Source: an uncultured Bacilli bacterium (GTDB lineage Bacteria > Bacillota_I > Bacilli_A > RF39 > UBA660). From it: a stretch of 39,706 nucleotides of DNA. The position numbers were made by a program, and so were the translations under genes. This document shows, piece by piece, positions 16,973 through 25,700 of the stretch; within the stretch, counting starts at the first letter, position 1; every line of letters begins with the position of its first letter. The DNA lies in NCBI GenBank assembly GCA_934098345.1, contig CAKONX010000002.1, positions 1-39,706 of the forward strand, in the 5' to 3' direction. A model generated the notes under the pieces. The model saw only the letters and a list, made by a program, of their open reading frames with translations. It had not been told where the DNA came from and ran no database searches.

Positions 16973-18486
16973 TGGAACAAATTGATATTACACCATCTAC
17001 GGGGGTATATGGTACATATAAAAGATTAAGTTATAAACCATGGTATGCAATTGCAGAGTTTGTAGATAATTCTACGCAAAGTTATTATGATCATAAAGAA
17101 GAATTAAAATCACAAGAAGGATTCAAAAAATTATATATAAATATAAATTATAGTTTAGAAAATGATTTTTTAGAGATTACAGATACTGCTTATGGTATGG
17201 ATTTTTATGATTTTAAAAGAGCATTAATACTTGATAAACCGCCAAAAAATAATACGGGAAGAAATGAGTTTGGTATGGGTTTAAAAACTGCTGCTTGCTG
17301 GTTTGGTAATTTATGGTCTGTCGAAACTACAAGATTAGGTTCAAATGAAAAATTTAAAGCTACTATAGATGTTTTTGATTTACAAGAAAATAATACTAGT
17401 AATATAGATTATTCAACAAGTTATGTTGATGAAAAAGAGCATTATACAAGAATTTATATTACTGGTCTTAACCAAAAAATGGTAAAGAAAACACTATCAA
17501 GAATTAAAGAACAATTGTCCAGTATTTATAGAAACGATATACGAAATGGTGAAATAGAGATTATCTGGAATGGTGAGTCTTTGGTTTACACTGATCCTAG
17601 TATTCTTGTCGAATCGTTAGAAGATGGCTCTTTTATAGAGTGGAAAAAGAATATAGATTTTGATGTAATTTCATCTAATGGTAAAAAATATTCTGTTGAT
17701 GGTTGGATTGGAATAATGGATCCAGGAAGTACTAGTAATGCAGGATTTACGCTTATGCGTAGAGGTAGAGTTATTATTGGTGGGCCTGGTGAAAACTACA
17801 GACCTGATGAAATATTTGGAAAGTCAAATTCGTTTACTTATCAGAGATTATTTGGAGAAATTAATTTAGATAATTGGGAGGTTACACAAGCAAAAGATGG
17901 ATTTGATTGGAATAATGGTTTAGAAGAATTATTAATTGAAAATTTACTTCGTGTATCTAGTGAATTTAGGTATAAAGCCGAAAATTATAGAAAAAATTTG
18001 AGTAAAAAAATAGCTGATATAACTGAAGAAGAAAAAAGTGATATTGTATCTGAAACAGTTAATAATATAACGTCTGCTATTTATGAAATAAATGAAGAAC
18101 CTATAATATATGACCATGTAAATAAGGTGGAGACAATTTCAGCCTTAGAAATTCCTGAAGAAAAAACTCAAGAAATGTACTCATATTCTGTTGATGATTA
18201 TGATTTAACAGTTAAATGGTATAGCGATAACGAAAATGGAGCATGGATTACTACAAAGGAATTATCAGATAATAGGATAGAAATATCTTTAAATATACGT
18301 CATGCATTTTTTGTACCATATATCAATGATACTAATTTTTTGAAAATTATGAATAAATTAGCTTGCGCTATGATTATAGCAGAAAGAAATGCAAAAAAGG
18401 TTTCAAAAAATCCAGATGGTTCTGTTGATCCTTCAGATATTAGAACCTATATGAATAAACTATTAGATAAATTATCAAAAAAATGA
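16969..18486 (+). CDS. GHKL-superfamily ATPase (HATPase_c_3 / MutL-MORC-like)
   Basis: N box AEFVDNS, G1 box ITDTAYGM, G2 box NEFGMGLKTA. The start overlaps the dcm stop (ATGA). Confidence 0.85.
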   Translation: MMEQIDITPSTGVYGTYKRLSYKPWYAIAEFVDNSTQSYYDHKEELKSQEGFKKLYININYSLENDFLEITDTAYGMDFYDFKRALILDKPPKNNTGRNEFGMGLKTAACWFGNLWSVETTRLGSNEKFKATIDVFDLQENNTSNIDYSTSYVDEKEHYTRIYITGLNQKMVKKTLSRIKEQLSSIYRNDIRNGEIEIIWNGESLVYTDPSILVESLEDGSFIEWKKNIDFDVISSNGKKYSVDGWIGIMDPGSTSNAGFTLMRRGRVIIGGPGENYRPDEIFGKSNSFTYQRLFGEINLDNWEVTQAKDGFDWNNGLEELLIENLLRVSSEFRYKAENYRKNLSKKIADITEEEKSDIVSETVNNITSAIYEINEEPIIYDHVNKVETISALEIPEEKTQEMYSYSVDDYDLTVKWYSDNENGAWITTKELSDNRIEISLNIRHAFFVPYINDTNFLKIMNKLACAMIIAERNAKKVSKNPDGSVDPSDIRTYMNKLLDKLSKK

Positions 18487-18494
18487 GGTGAATT

Positions 18495-20636
18495 ATGAGA
18501 AAAGGAATCGTCGAATTATGTGAAGAAAATAATTGTTTTGATAATTGGGAAGTATATTTAGACGGGAAAGAAACATCACGTATTAAGAAAAATTTGAATT
18601 ATATGTCAGAAGATGAAAAATTTGAAACGATTTTGACTGCAGCAAAAATTTTATCTAATTGTCCGAGTCCGAATTCTAGTGGCGGAAAGAAAACAGGATT
18701 AGCAATTGGTAAAATTCAAAGTGGTAAAACTTCTAATTTTATTTCATTAATGGCTTTAGCGTTTGATAACAATTATAATATAATCGTTGTATTTGGAGGA
18801 ACAAAAAATAACTTATTATCTCAAACCGAGGAAAGAATAAGAAAAATGTTTGATATTGATAATAATAAACGAGATGATAGAGATGTTGTTGTTTTAAGTA
18901 CTACTAATAAATTTGATTCTATAAGTCCTGAGCAATTGAATAGGATGTATAATAGCGGTAGAAAAATAATAATAGTCGCTTTAAAACATCAAAAACATAT
19001 TAAGAATGTTAAGTCATATATTACAGATGCAAATTTGGATAAAAAACCAATATTGTTAATAGACGATGAAGGCGATCAAGCTTCGTTAAATGCAAAAGTT
19101 GTACATAACGAAAAAACAGTTATATATAATGAATTGTTGCAATTAAAAGAGAGCTTAAATCATGTTTGTTTTATTTCAATTACTGCTACTCCACAAGCTA
19201 ATTTGCTAATTGATACTATAGATAGTTTATCTCCAGATTTTTGCCAATTAGTTGAGCCCGGAAAAGAATATACCGGTGGATCTATGTTTCATGGAGATAA
19301 CCAAGATTTTTACGTTATTGAATTACCTGAAGATGAAACCGAGATGTTAGAAGGAGATGGTGTTCCTGAATCATTCTATAATTCTTTAGGAGTGTTTTTT
19401 GTTGGGAGTATTATCAGAAAATTTAGAAATGATGGTAAAAATCATGTCATGTTAATTCATCCTAGCCAAAAGAAATTTGATCACAAAGAGGTAGAAAAAA
19501 AGGTAAATTTAATACTTGAAAATTGGCTAAATAGTTCTGAACAAGATCATTCAGAAAATGGCTATCAAAAACTGAGTGAATATTTAAAATATGGTTATGA
19601 TGAATTATCACGAACTGTTGATGATATGCCAGAATTCCAATTGATTTTAGATAATATAAATGATCAATTAAATGATTCACGTGTTCTTGTAGTAAACAGT
19701 GATAAAAATACAGATATAGATTACTATAAGACACGAAATATTATTATTGTTGGAGGTAATTTAGTAGAACGTGGGTTAACAATTAATGATTTGGCTGTTA
19801 CCTACATCGTTAGAAGAAGTAAATCAAGAGCGAATGCTGATGTAGTAGAACAGAGAGCTAGATGGTTTGGATATAGAAAAAAATATTTTGACTTGTGTAG
19901 GGTTTATTGTACTAAACAAATTAAGGAAGACTTTTCTAATCTTTTAAGTCACGAAGATGATATATGGGGTTGGATTAAGTATTGTAAAAAAAATAACATC
20001 AGAATAAAAGACATGCCAAGATTGTTTGAACTTGATAATAATTTAAATCCTACAAGAAAGGCTGTTGTTCCTAATGTAGATGAAATAAAATTTGGTATAT
20101 GGACTGAACAAAAAAAGATTAATATTAATAAAAATTATTTACTAGAATTAGATAATGCTTGGAATGATTTATTATCAAAATATGAATATAATGATGTAAC
20201 ATATGGTAATTTAACGCATAGAAAATATATTAAAATTCCATTATCAGATATTAATGCTATTATTTCTAAGTATTATATTAATGATATAGGATTTAATTAT
20301 AAATATCCATATGCTGTTGAGCAAAGGAATATACAAGATGGCGCTAATCCTTGTGTTACAGTTCTTAAGATGAGAATTAAAAGTGGAGAAGAGCGTAGTT
20401 TTGATGACAATAATTCAATAACATCAAATCTTATGCAAGGACATTCACAAAATAGATATATCAGTGATCCATTATATTATCCTGGTGATAGATATATATG
20501 TTTGAATGAAACACAATTGCAAATCCATTTAGTTCATCCTAGAATTAAGGATACTGTTTTGAGCGATATAATAATACCTATGATAGCATTTTATTCTCCT
20601 GTTACAAATGCAAAAAGAATTATTGGGAGGTTGTGA
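18495..20636 (+). CDS. Z1 domain-containing P-loop NTPase (helicase-like)
   Basis: Walker A GKIQSGKTSN, Walker B LLIDDEGDQAS, TAT-type motif ISITATPQAN, and the Z1-typical VEQRARWFGYRKKY. gaggtga RBS; 8-nt gap after the GHKL gene. Confidence 0.85.
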   Translation: MRKGIVELCEENNCFDNWEVYLDGKETSRIKKNLNYMSEDEKFETILTAAKILSNCPSPNSSGGKKTGLAIGKIQSGKTSNFISLMALAFDNNYNIIVVFGGTKNNLLSQTEERIRKMFDIDNNKRDDRDVVVLSTTNKFDSISPEQLNRMYNSGRKIIIVALKHQKHIKNVKSYITDANLDKKPILLIDDEGDQASLNAKVVHNEKTVIYNELLQLKESLNHVCFISITATPQANLLIDTIDSLSPDFCQLVEPGKEYTGGSMFHGDNQDFYVIELPEDETEMLEGDGVPESFYNSLGVFFVGSIIRKFRNDGKNHVMLIHPSQKKFDHKEVEKKVNLILENWLNSSEQDHSENGYQKLSEYLKYGYDELSRTVDDMPEFQLILDNINDQLNDSRVLVVNSDKNTDIDYYKTRNIIIVGGNLVERGLTINDLAVTYIVRRSKSRANADVVEQRARWFGYRKKYFDLCRVYCTKQIKEDFSNLLSHEDDIWGWIKYCKKNNIRIKDMPRLFELDNNLNPTRKAVVPNVDEIKFGIWTEQKKININKNYLLELDNAWNDLLSKYEYNDVTYGNLTHRKYIKIPLSDINAIISKYYINDIGFNYKYPYAVEQRNIQDGANPCVTVLKMRIKSGEERSFDDNNSITSNLMQGHSQNRYISDPLYYPGDRYICLNETQLQIHLVHPRIKDTVLSDIIIPMIAFYSPVTNAKRIIGRL

Positions 20637-20637
20637 A

Positions 20638-21573
20638 ATGATTGATAATATTATTGATTTTTTAAAAACAAAATATGATGGAGAAGGATATTTTGCACAA
20701 GAATTTGAAAACGAAATATTTTTTGGTATTGATAAAAATGAAAATATAATATGTTTAAAAAAAGTTTATGATCAGTTGGAAATGACTAAAATAAAAACTA
20801 ATTATTTAGAATTATTTCAAAATACCAAAGTTACATTAAATTTAGAAAGTGAATCAATTACTGATTATTTTAATGTAATAATATGTAGTAGACAAGAAAA
20901 AGAAAATATTGAAACTTTTGTTAGATTGTGTCTTTGTTATTTAACTGATAATGATAATAGTGAAATGTTGAATTTAATGAGAAATTTAATTGAATTATTT
21001 CAAATAACTTCTACTAAAAACACAGAATATGAAAAAGGTTTATGGGGTGAATTGTTTACTATATATTATTTGAAAGATAAATATGATGTTGATATTTCAT
21101 CTTATTGGCATAATGATTTCTTTTTGAAATATGATTTTTCATTGAATGATCAAACTAAAATAGAGGTAAAAACAACTTCAAATGTTGCTAGAATTCATAG
21201 AGTTAATCATGAACAAGTATTTACAAACAATGATGTTATTTTATCATCTGTTATGGTTCGTAAAGATGATAATGGATTAACGGTGTTTGACTTATTCTCA
21301 AAAGTAAAAGACTTATTTACAGGTGACTATAATAAAATAGTTGAATATGAAAAAATGCTTCGAAAGGTAAAAGAGGATGAAGCGGAAAAATTTGAATTAA
21401 ATTATTCTTATACACACATTAAATTATTTAAAGTTGATTCTATACCAAAGTTTGAAATGAAAGAACCAGAAGGTGTATATCGCACAGAATATGATATTGA
21501 CTTATCAAATATAAATGCATTGAATGATTGCGAAATAAAAAATTTTTTTAATAAGGTATTTGAAAATGAATAA
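20638..21573 (+). CDS. PD-(D/E)XK motif protein (DUF4420-like putative nuclease)
   Basis: GLWGELFTIYYL...YWHNDFFLKYDF...KIEVKTTS gives a D...ExK core. ATG 20638 lies 1 nt after the Z1 stop with a gggagg RBS. The track start at 20608 overlaps Z1 and is unlikely. Confidence 0.75.
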   Translation: MIDNIIDFLKTKYDGEGYFAQEFENEIFFGIDKNENIICLKKVYDQLEMTKIKTNYLELFQNTKVTLNLESESITDYFNVIICSRQEKENIETFVRLCLCYLTDNDNSEMLNLMRNLIELFQITSTKNTEYEKGLWGELFTIYYLKDKYDVDISSYWHNDFFLKYDFSLNDQTKIEVKTTSNVARIHRVNHEQVFTNNDVILSSVMVRKDDNGLTVFDLFSKVKDLFTGDYNKIVEYEKMLRKVKEDEAEKFELNYSYTHIKLFKVDSIPKFEMKEPEGVYRTEYDIDLSNINALNDCEIKNFFNKVFENE

Positions 21574-22795
21574 AAATAAATTTGAAGACATTGTGAGTGG
21601 TAAAATCTCATCTCTGTTTGTGGATGCCATTTATGAAAATAAAAAGCCGTATATTAATAAAAGTTGCGAAGTTCTTTCAAAATTAATGAAGGTTAAAAAT
21701 GGTGGGGGATTTAGACCAATAGGGCAATGGAAAAATGTATTTGATGTTAAATATGTTGTATTATATTCAACTAATGAAGATATTTATTGGCAGGATGTAT
21801 TAGATGAAGAATTTGGAATGTATACATATTTTGGGGATAATCAAACAGCTGGTAGAGAATTGCATGATACAAATTTAGGTGGAAACGTAATCTTGCGTGA
21901 ATCATTCAATTATGCTATGTCTGATAATATTTATGATAGGAAGAAGATTCCACCATTTTTTCTGTTTGAAAAAACTGAGACGGGGGATATTAAATTTTCT
22001 GGTTTGTTAGTTCCAGGCTATAAAGGCATAAATTCTAAGGAATGGCTTACAGCGCTTTGGGCTAAAAGAAATGAGGGCGGTAGATTTCAAAATTATAAAG
22101 CTATATTTACAGTTCTTAATACAGATTCTGGTTCATTAAATAAACCAAATGATTCGTATATTGATTTAAGATGGCTTGATGATTTAAAAATTGGCAAAGG
22201 ATATGATAGTGTATATGCACCAACGTCTTGGAAAAAATTTATTGATTCAGGATTATATACCCCACTTACTGTTAGTGTTGAAAAACAAATAAGAACTAAA
22301 AATGAACAGTTGCCAAATAGTAAATATAAAATGGAAATGTTAGATATAATAATAAATTATTTTCGGGATTATCCATATTTATTTGAAGAATTTGCAATAT
22401 TAATAACTACTTTGTCAGATTCAAATATTATTAATTGTCAAAACACACGTCCTTCTAAAGATGGAGGAAGAGATGGTATTGGCGAATATAGAATTTTAAA
22501 TAATTTATCTGTTGGTTTGAAAACTACTTTTGCACTTGAGGCTAAATGTTATAGTTTATCAAATTCAGTTGGTGTTAAAGAAACGTCACGTTTAATTTCA
22601 AGAATTAAGCATAGGGAGTTTGGAGTTTTTGTTACTACATCATATGTGGCCAATCAAGCTTATGAAGAAATTGTCGAAGATAATCATCCTATTGCTATTA
22701 TTTCTGGTGCGGATATAATTGATATTTTATATAAAAATGATGTAACAGATAAAGATGAATTAATAAAGTTTTTAATAAGCAATTTTCATAAATAA
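21566..22795 (+). CDS. Two-domain restriction endonuclease: N-terminal SRA/PUA-like putative modified-base reader plus C-terminal Mrr-type PD-(D/E)XK nuclease
   Basis: The C-terminus (SKDGGRDGIGEY...FALEAKCYS...FGVFVTTSYVANQAYEEI...IAIISGADIIDIL) matches the Mrr catalytic domain pattern. The N-terminus (YVVLYSTNEDIYWQD...YTYFGDNQTAGRELHDTNLGGNVIL...PPFFLFEK) resembles the YxG/Q-L-x-GN-x-L blocks of SRA domains. The start overlaps the previous gene by 8 nt (ATGAATAA). Confidence 0.7.
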   Translation: MNKNKFEDIVSGKISSLFVDAIYENKKPYINKSCEVLSKLMKVKNGGGFRPIGQWKNVFDVKYVVLYSTNEDIYWQDVLDEEFGMYTYFGDNQTAGRELHDTNLGGNVILRESFNYAMSDNIYDRKKIPPFFLFEKTETGDIKFSGLLVPGYKGINSKEWLTALWAKRNEGGRFQNYKAIFTVLNTDSGSLNKPNDSYIDLRWLDDLKIGKGYDSVYAPTSWKKFIDSGLYTPLTVSVEKQIRTKNEQLPNSKYKMEMLDIIINYFRDYPYLFEEFAILITTLSDSNIINCQNTRPSKDGGRDGIGEYRILNNLSVGLKTTFALEAKCYSLSNSVGVKETSRLISRIKHREFGVFVTTSYVANQAYEEIVEDNHPIAIISGADIIDILYKNDVTDKDELIKFLISNFHK

Positions 22796-22819
22796 AGTTC
22801 ATTATGTTTTTGTTTGAAG

Positions 22820-22850
22820 CATACCTTTAAAATAGGAGGTATGTTTTTTT
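22820..22850 (+). terminator. Intrinsic terminator ending the five-gene operon
   Basis: catacct (22820-22826) pairs with aggtatg (22837-22843), followed by seven T. Confidence 0.7.
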
Positions 22851-22970
22851 ATGCCAAAAAATAAAAAAATAGTGTATTCGGAAGATAGATTTAATAAAGA
22901 GAAAAATATAAAAGATATTTTAATAGAATTTTTAATAAAAAAATTAAATGATGATCAGATTTCTTTTTAG
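22851..22970 (+). CDS. Candidate 39-aa ORF (MPKNKKIVYSEDRFNKEKNIKDILIEFLIKKLNDDQISF) upstream of the recombinase
   Basis: An open frame with an aggagg about 11 nt upstream, embedded in the terminator stem. No homology was recognised. Confidence 0.25.
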   Translation: MPKNKKIVYSEDRFNKEKNIKDILIEFLIKKLNDDQISF

Positions 22971-23057
22971 ATGATTTGTTTTTTTTGAAAAATGATGATA
23001 ACATCAAATTGTCTTAGAAAGGAATCTAGTGAATTAAAAAAATAAGAAGGAGGAAAA

Positions 23058-24659
23058 ATGTATAATAATTTACTAGAAAATTATGAGTATAAAGCAGGAA
23101 TATATATAAGATTATCTCAAGAAGACCGAGATAAAAAATATGAGTCTGAAAGTGAAAGTGTAATTAATCAAAGGGATATTTTAATGAGTTACATTAAAAA
23201 TAATGGTTTTGCTTTTGTGGAAGAGTATGTAGATGATGGATACTCTGGAACTAACTTTGATAGACCAGCTTTTCAAAAGATGATAAAGGATATTCATACT
23301 AAAAAAATAAATTTAGTTATTGTTAAAGATTTATCAAGGTTGGGTAGGGATCATGTTAATACAGGATATTTTATGGAGAGATTTTTTCCGGAGAATAGAG
23401 TTAGGTTTATTTCAATTATGGAAAGTTATGATAGTGCTAAAATTCAAGCTTGTAATGATTCTTCAACTTTTATAGTTGCTTGTAATGATTATTATAGTAA
23501 ACAAAATTCTAATAAGATAAGAGATGTTTTACGTTCAAAAAAAGTTCAAGGTAAGTATATAGGAAGTGTTCCATGTTATGGATATATGAGAGATCTAGAA
23601 GATAAAGGACATTTAGTACCAGATCCTAATACAGCACCAATAGTAAAAGATATATTTAGTTGGTTTATATCTGGAATGAGTATTTCGGATATAGCATCAG
23701 TATTAAATAGTAGAGGAATTTTAACTCCTAGTGCTTATAAAAAAATAAATTTAAGTAGTGATGATAGAAGATTAAATGAATGGTGTTCTACTTCAATAAG
23801 GAAGATATTAACTAATAGAATGTATACTGGTGATATGGTACAAAATACTCAAACTAAAGTTAATTATAAAAGTAAGAAAAGAATTAATCTTGATAAAAGT
23901 TTATGGATTATAGTTGAAAATACTCACGAGCCATTAGTAGATAGGCACGTTTTTGAAACAATTCAAAAAAATAGATTAGTAATACCTAAAACAAAAACAT
24001 ATAGAGAAAAAAGATTATTTGAAAATTTATTGTTTTGTAAAGAATGTGGTAATTATTTAAGTATAAGTCATAAAAAGAAATATGATTATTGGACTATAAA
24101 TTGCAATAAATATGCCAGGGATCCTAAAAAACATAGATGTGAATCTCATTTTATGCCTTATGATGAATTGGAAAAATCTTTATTGAACCGTATAAAATCT
24201 ACTGTTTCTATATATATTAAAAACATATCAATTGAAGATATAAATAAAAAATTGATTAAACAGGGTGAACTATTAGAGACAAATAAGAATAACGATTTAA
24301 TAAGATTAAATAAAGAAAAAGAAAAACATATGAAGAAATTAGATATATTAATATGTGAAATGTCAGATAAAATAGACAAAGATACATTGAGCGGATTAAT
24401 TAGAGCAGAAGATAAAGCATTATTAGATGTTGTAAAAAAAATAAAAGAATTAGAAAATAAGAAAGATAATTCTAAGGAACAAATAGAAAAACTTCCTGAT
24501 TATACAAAAACAATAAAAAAATTTTTAGATATTAATAATCCGAGTAGAGATTTATTGTTTGCTTTAATAGATAGGATTGAAATAGATAAAGATAGAAATA
24601 TACAAATTACATATAAGTTTAATCTTATAGATGAAGATAAGTATGAATATAATAAATAA
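23058..24659 (+). CDS. Large serine recombinase (resolvase/invertase N-domain, recombinase domain, zinc ribbon, coiled coil)
   Basis: Catalytic Ser context GIYIRLSQED, then YVDDGYSGTNFDRPAF and VKDLSRLGRD. Recombinase domain (GSVPCYGY...), Cys cluster CKECGNYL...CNKY...C, and a long K/E-rich coiled coil. aaggagga RBS. Confidence 0.93.
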   Translation: MYNNLLENYEYKAGIYIRLSQEDRDKKYESESESVINQRDILMSYIKNNGFAFVEEYVDDGYSGTNFDRPAFQKMIKDIHTKKINLVIVKDLSRLGRDHVNTGYFMERFFPENRVRFISIMESYDSAKIQACNDSSTFIVACNDYYSKQNSNKIRDVLRSKKVQGKYIGSVPCYGYMRDLEDKGHLVPDPNTAPIVKDIFSWFISGMSISDIASVLNSRGILTPSAYKKINLSSDDRRLNEWCSTSIRKILTNRMYTGDMVQNTQTKVNYKSKKRINLDKSLWIIVENTHEPLVDRHVFETIQKNRLVIPKTKTYREKRLFENLLFCKECGNYLSISHKKKYDYWTINCNKYARDPKKHRCESHFMPYDELEKSLLNRIKSTVSIYIKNISIEDINKKLIKQGELLETNKNNDLIRLNKEKEKHMKKLDILICEMSDKIDKDTLSGLIRAEDKALLDVVKKIKELENKKDNSKEQIEKLPDYTKTIKKFLDINNPSRDLLFALIDRIEIDKDRNIQITYKFNLIDEDKYEYNK

Positions 24660-24698
24660 TATTTTTTTTAATTCAGTTGCTACGTATTTTTTGTGACT

Positions 24699-24703
24699 GA
24701 GGT
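24699..24703. repeat. Right copy of the 5-bp direct repeat gaggt (candidate attR core)
   Basis: It sits 40 nt after the recombinase stop. The amidase frame resumes immediately (ggt gct gaa ggt gct gaa gta = GAEGAEV). Confidence 0.5.
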
Positions 24704-25459
24704 GCTGAAGGTGCTGAAGTAATTTATGCATTAAGAAATAATGAAACTCTATCTTCTAAAGTATTAAATGAACTTGCAAAAAATGGACAAATAATTAGAA
24801 AATATTATCAAAAAAGAGGTACAACAAATCCTAATAAAGATTATTACTTTATGTTAAGAGATACAGCTCCTTATGAATCAATAATAGTTGAATATGGTTT
24901 TTTAGATAATGTAGAAGATGCTGCTAGATTAAAGAAAAATTATGAACGTTATGCATATGCAACATTAGAAGCACTTTTAGATTACATGGGTTATTCAAAA
25001 GATGATTTGGATTATTATACAGTTAAATCAGGAGATACATTATATTCGATTGCTAAAAAATATGGAATAAGTGTTGATAAGTTAAAAGATTTGAACAATT
25101 TAAAATCAAACATGATTTCAGTTAATCAAAAACTATTAGTTAATGATCAAAAGAAAAATCAAGATACAAATGCATATATAGTTGAAAAAGGAGATACACT
25201 TTATTCAATAGCTAAAAAGTATAATACAACTGTAAATAAAATAAAAGAGTTAAATAATTTAAAAAGTGATACTTTATCTATTGGTCAAGAAATTACTATA
25301 CCAAGTAGCTTTGATGTTAAAACACATATAGTTAAATCAGGAGATACATTATACTCAATAGCAAGAATGTATAATACAACAGTAAATGCAATTAAGGTAG
25401 CTAATAATTTAAATAGCGATATTTTAAGTATAGGAAAAGAATTAATAATACCAGTATAA
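24701..25459 (+). pseudogene. N-acetylmuramoyl-L-alanine amidase, 3' fragment (rest of Amidase_3 plus three LysM domains)
   Basis: The frame is open from 24701: GAEGAEVIYALRN...DYYFMLRDT...VEYGFLDN completes Amidase_3. Three LysM repeats follow (Y/HxVKSGDTLYSIAKKY...LSIGQ). The track only reports from the internal Met at 24851. Confidence 0.85.
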
Positions 25460-25475
25460 TCTGGTATTTTTTTAA
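25450..25475 (+). terminator. Intrinsic terminator after the amidase gene
   Basis: taccag pairs with ctggta around the stop codon, followed by ttttttt. Confidence 0.7.
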
Positions 25476-25700
25476 TTTGTAAAAAATATGATATTTTATT
25501 GAATAAAAAGTTAAGACTTTATATAAAACTTTATAATAAAAATACAGGTATAATATATAATTTGCTTAGATGTGATTATTATGATTCAAGAAAATAATTT
25601 AACTTATGAAGAATATGTAGATATTATTAAAACTGTTGTATGGAAATGTATAAGTGGATAGATAAGAATAATTGAAAGCAGGCGATTAATTTGAGATTAG

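Larger units (their letters stand above)
15609..24703 (+). mobile_element. About 9.1 kb integrated element: large serine recombinase plus a five-gene defence operon, inserted in-frame into the amidase gene
   Basis: The amidase ORF is interrupted at 15608 and resumes at 24704 in the same codon phase. A serine recombinase gene sits 40 nt inside the right junction, and gaggt is present at both ends. The element carries no replication, conjugation or phage structural genes. Confidence 0.8.

Noticed and set aside
24701-24718. Tandem 9-bp duplication ggtgctgaa ggtgctgaa right at the right junction, considered as a possible target-site duplication.
   Set aside because: Serine recombinases do not generate target duplications. 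Both copies lie on the same side of the element and simply encode GAE-GAE within the amidase. I treated this as a coding-sequence feature. The original gene could have had one copy, which only an intact orthologue can settle.
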